16,823 nt of DNA from NCBI GenBank assembly GCA_964621445.1, contig CAZUNO010000041.1, positions 1 through 16,823 on the forward strand, given 5' to 3'. Within the stretch, counting starts at the first letter, position 1; every line of letters starts with the position of its first letter. The translations under genes were made by a program, and so were the position numbers. Shown one piece after another: positions 16,171 through 16,823 of this stretch. Source of the DNA: Candidatus Hadarchaeota archaeon. GTDB lineage: Archaea > CAYQAE01 > CAYVLA01. Below the pieces are notes generated by a model, which was not told where the DNA came from, did no database searches, and worked only from the letters and a program-made list of their open reading frames with translations.

Positions 16171-16758
16171 CTAAAGACCTCCTAATCTATCGATAATTGG
16201 ATCTTTGTAATCCTGAAACTTCTCCTGCGCGTCATCCACTAACCATTGGGATTCCTTAATACCTTTAACTATGTTCTCAATCTCATCGTACTTGAAGATA
16301 TTTAGAGAAATAACTATGAAATCACGAAGGCTGATTATGTCCCTGCTTACTAAATACGAAATCAGTTGTATCGGCGAAAACGGTCTAAGCTTTGATCCCC
16401 AAGCATCCCCAAAATCCCCCACTGCCCTCACCAGTGTAGTGTCATTAGTAACCAAATAATCACAATCGGCATCAAGAGCGGTGATGAATGCATGATGATC
16501 TTTTCTCCCTGCTACTTTTATATTTCGCTCTCTCAGTTGTTTCCTAAATTCGATGAATCTTTCCGGTTTTGAGCGAGGCACTTTATTAAGTGAAGCTGGA
16601 GGGTCCCAACCTGAAACCTCATCAATATTAACCTCGCACATAATACACTCTTCTCCATCCTCTGTCAATAGTTCAATTACCTTATTTTGGAGATTGTCAA
16701 ACTTATGTTCGATTTTCTTATAGGCTATGATTGATTGGGCGTCAAAGGCGAACTTCAT
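16171..16758 (-). CDS. PIN-domain protein with C-terminal helical extension
   Basis: FAFDAQS, NIDEV, KDHHAFITAL and DYLVTND: PIN acidic tetrad present. About 60 extra C-terminal residues. Confidence 0.82.
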   Translation of the reverse strand: MKFAFDAQSIIAYKKIEHKFDNLQNKVIELLTEDGEECIMCEVNIDEVSGWDPPASLNKVPRSKPERFIEFRKQLRERNIKVAGRKDHHAFITALDADCDYLVTNDTTLVRAVGDFGDAWGSKLRPFSPIQLISYLVSRDIISLRDFIVISLNIFKYDEIENIVKGIKESQWLVDDAQEKFQDYKDPIIDRLGGL

Positions 16759-16823
16759 CTAATCAATCGATTGTATAATTGTGTAAAAACTCTATCGGTC
16801 TGAAAGTTAAATATTTTATAAAA

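Noticed and set aside
1-16823. CRISPR array, tRNA, rRNA, IS element or integrase
   Set aside because: No regularly spaced repeats, cloverleaf, terminal inverted repeats or recombinase motifs were seen.

Overview
The window looks archaeal, judged from TATA-type promoters, T-tract terminators, archaeal VapBC and DUF4258/DUF2283 families and a GHDLRNPL-type cytoplasmic kinase. The exact lineage cannot be fixed from sequence alone. It reads as an accessory island with a dense toxin-antitoxin (TA) cluster. Four TA modules appear intact: AbrB-VapC, VapB-VapC, DUF4258-DUF2283 and a three-gene PIN/HTH/unknown module. At least five more PIN/VapBC loci are decayed, and several of these are not visible in the ORF track. 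The cargo between them is an intact TasA/CalY-like fibre subunit + SipW signal peptidase + second SipW-substrate operon (probable archaeal biofilm or bundling-pilus system), a lone pyrE, an orphan PAS-GAF histidine kinase, a dCTP-deaminase/dUTPase-fold gene with a cryptic broken C-terminal membrane anchor, and a frameshifted GC-rich membrane protein gene. I found no rRNA, tRNA, CRISPR array, integrase or transposase. All family assignments come from motif recognition by eye, not database searches.
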